A stretch of 64,000 nt of DNA from the human T2T-CHM13v2.0 reference genome, Homo sapiens, in the NCBI RefSeq assembly GCF_009914755.1, contig NC_060927.1. One strand, given 5' to 3'. A program made the position numbers and the translations under genes. Below the pieces are notes generated by a model. That model did not search any database. It saw only the letters and a program-made list of their open reading frames with translations, and had not been told where the DNA came from. Positions 61,733 to 64,000 of the stretch are shown here, in pieces (the first letter of the stretch is position 1; the number at the start of each line of letters is the position of its first letter).

Positions 61733-64000
61733 GAGAATGATACTGTCTAGTTTTTATACGAAGATATTTCCTTTTGTACCATTGGCCTCATACTGCTAGA
61801 ATTTTCCACTTGCAAATTCCACAAAAAGAGTGTTTCCAATCTGCTCTGTCTAAAGGAAGGTTCAACTCTGTGAGTTGAGTACACACACACAAAGAAGCTA
61901 CTGAGAATTCTTTTGTCAAGAATTATAAGAAGAAATCCCGTTTCCAACCAAGGCCTCAAAGAGTTCCAAATATCCACTTGCACACTGCACAAACTAAGTC
62001 TTTCCATACTGCTCTATGCAAAGAAATGTTCAAGTCTGTGAGTTTAATACACACATCACAAAGCAGTTTCTGAGAATGATACTGTCTAGTTTTTATACGA
62101 AGATATTTCCTTTTGTACCATTGGCCTCATACTGCTAGAATTTTCCACTTGCAAATTCCACAAAAAGAGTGTTTCCAATCCGCTCTGTCTAAAGGAAGGT
62201 TCAACTCTCTGATTTGAATACATACATCCCAAAAGAAGTTACTGAGAATTCTTCTGTCTAGCATTATGTGAAGAAATCCCGTTTCCAACGAAAGCCTCAA
62301 AGAGGCCCAAATATCCAGTTGCAGCATTTACAAACTGACTGTTTCCAAACTCATCTATGAAAAGAAAGGTTAAACTCTGTGAGTTGAATGCACATATCAC
62401 AATGTAGTTCCTGAGAATGATTCTGTCTAGTTTTTATACGAAGATATTTCCTTTTCCACCAATGGCCTCAAAGTGCTTGAAATCTCCCCTTGCAAATTCC
62501 ACAGACAAGTGTCTCAAATCTGCACTGTCTAAAGGAAGGTTCAACCCTGTGAGTTGAATACACACACACAGAAAAAAATTCACTGAGAATTCTATTGTCT
62601 ATCATTACACGAAGAAATCCCGTTTACTACGAAGGCCTCAAAGAGGTCCAAATATCCAGCTGCAGACATTACAAACTGAGTGTTTCCAAAGTGCTCTATG
62701 AAAAGAAGTGTTAAACACTGTGAGTTCAATGCACACATCCCAAAGCAGTTTCTGAGAATGATTCCGTCTATTTTTTCTACGAAGATATTTCCTTTTCTAC
62801 CGTTGGCCTCAAAGCGCTTGAAATCTCCACTTGCAAATTCCACAAAAAGAGAGTTTCAAATCTGCTCTGTCTAAAGGAAGGTTCAACTCTGTGAGTTGAA
62901 TACACACCACAAAAAGAAGTTACTGAGAATTCTTCTGTCTAGCATTATATGAAAAATCCCGTTTCCAACGAAGGCCACAAAGAGGTCCAAATATCCACTT
63001 GCAGATTCTGCAAAAAGAGTGTTTCCAAACTGCTCTATGAAAAGAAACGTTAAACTCTGTGAGTTGAACGCAAACATCACAAAGTAGTTTCTGAGAATGA
63101 CTCCGTCTAGTTTTTATACGAAGATATTTCCTTTTCTACCATTCACTTCAAAGCGCTTGAAGTCTCCCCCTGAAAATTCCACAAAAAGTGTTTCCAATCT
63201 GCTCCGCCTAAAGGAAGCTTCAACTCTGTGAGTTGAATACCCACAACCCAAAGAAGTTACTGAGAATTCTTCTGTCTAGCACTATATGAAGAAATCCCGT
63301 TTCCAACGAAGGCCTCAAATACATCCAAATATCCAGTTGCTGACTTTACAAACTGAGTGTTTCCAAACTGCTCTATGAAAAGAAAGGTTAAACACTGTGA
63401 GTTGAACACACACGTACCAAAGTAGTTTCTGAGAATGATTCTGTCTAGTTTGCATACGAAGATATTTCCTTTTCTACCATTGGCCTCAAAGCTTTGAAAT
63501 CTCCACTTGCAAATTCCACAAAAAGAGAGTTTCAACTCTGCTGTTTCTAAAGGAAAGTTCAACTCTGAGAGTTGAATACACACCAGAAAAAGCAGTTACT
63601 GAGAAGTCTTCTGTCTAGCATTATATGAAGAAATCCCATTTCCAACGAAGACTTCAAAGAGGTCCAAATATCCACTTGCAGATTCTGCAAAAAGAGTGTT
63701 TCGAAACAACTGTATGAAAAGAAAGGTTAAACACTGTGAGTTGAACGCACACATTGCAAAGCAGTTTCTGAGAATGATTCCGTCTAATTATTATACGAAG
63801 GTATTTCCTTTTCTATCATTGGCCTCAAAGCGCTTGATACCTCCACCTGAAAATTCCACAAAAAGAGTGTTTCCAATCTACTCTGTCTAAAGGAACGTTC
63901 AACTCTGTGAGTTGAATACACACACACAGAAAGAATTCACTGAGAATTCTTCTGTCTGGCATTACATGAAGAAATCCCGTTTCCAACGAAGGCCTCAAAG

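Larger units (their letters stand above)
1..64000 (-). repeat. Centromeric alpha-satellite (ALR/Alpha) higher-order repeat array, dimeric SF1-like; 17-mer HOR consistent with human chr3 D3Z1
   Basis: Uninterrupted ~170 bp monomers carry hallmark alphoid motifs (CTCTGTGAGTTGAATGCACACATCACAAAG, TTTCTGAGAATG, CCACTTGCAGATTC). Monomers with a CENP-B box alternate with monomers lacking one, and GAATTC recurs about every 340 bp. Marker ORFs recur at 2891-2892 bp (17 monomers). The alpha-satellite call is certain; the D3Z1 assignment rests on recalled HOR length and family (~0.8). Confidence 0.98.
22267..64000 (-). repeat. Domain 2: homogeneous canonical 17-mer HOR array with interspersed 15-mers
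   Basis: Unit starts are 22267, 25158, 28049, 30941, 33833, 36724, 39616*, 42169, 45061*, 47613, 50505, 53397, 56288, 59180* and 61733 (*15-mer). Units differ by only a handful of SNVs. Confidence 0.95.
26577..64000. repeat. 19,564 bp tandem segmental duplication within the array (copy 1 ~26.0-45.6 kb; copy 2 ~45.6 kb to window end)
   Basis: The order of HOR lengths and the rare SNVs repeat at exactly +19564. Examples are the unique ORFs 37481/57045, 36481/56045 (VKCASG) and 36738/56302 (LERG). Confidence 0.92.

Noticed and set aside
338-63890. Roughly 170 short ORFs (64-108 aa) on both strands
   Set aside because: They recur with the repeat period, overlap on opposite strands, mostly use non-ATG starts and resemble no protein family. 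They are chance open frames in satellite DNA.
1-64000. CRISPR-like or other repeat-spacer array
   Set aside because: There are no unique spacers: the whole monomer is repeated. There are no cas genes, and the motifs are diagnostic of alpha-satellite.
1-64000. Inversion or L1/Alu/HSat insertion within the array
   Set aside because: All boxes and monomers keep the same orientation, and every inter-marker distance is a whole number of monomers. I saw no non-alphoid sequence.

Overview
All 64 kb is primate, almost certainly human, centromeric alpha-satellite: head-to-tail ~170 bp monomers with an A/B dimer (~340 bp, EcoRI-spaced) backbone. CENP-B boxes read as TCCCGTTTCCAACGAAG on +, so the conventional orientation is the - strand. 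There are no genes, transposons or inversions; all ORFs in the track are repeat artefacts, useful only as positional markers. The basic higher-order repeat (HOR) is a 17-monomer, 2891-2892 bp unit, matching the size of the chromosome 3 D3Z1-type HOR (assigned from recall, not from a search). I label monomers M1-M17 in + direction from the GAGAATGATACTGTC start; these are my own labels. The window has two domains. (1) 1-~22.3 kb is an 8333 bp, 49-monomer 'HOR of HORs', (13-mer, 13-mer, 6-mer, 17-mer)n, built from at least three diverged HOR lineages. (2) ~22.3-64 kb is homogeneous 17-mers plus three 15-mer deletion variants, containing a 19,564 bp (7-HOR, 115-monomer) near-perfect tandem duplication. 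Rearrangement junctions fall in visible homology tracts, and CENP-B box integrity varies by sub-lineage. I found no novel protein-coding or RNA system; the interest is in array architecture and evolution.
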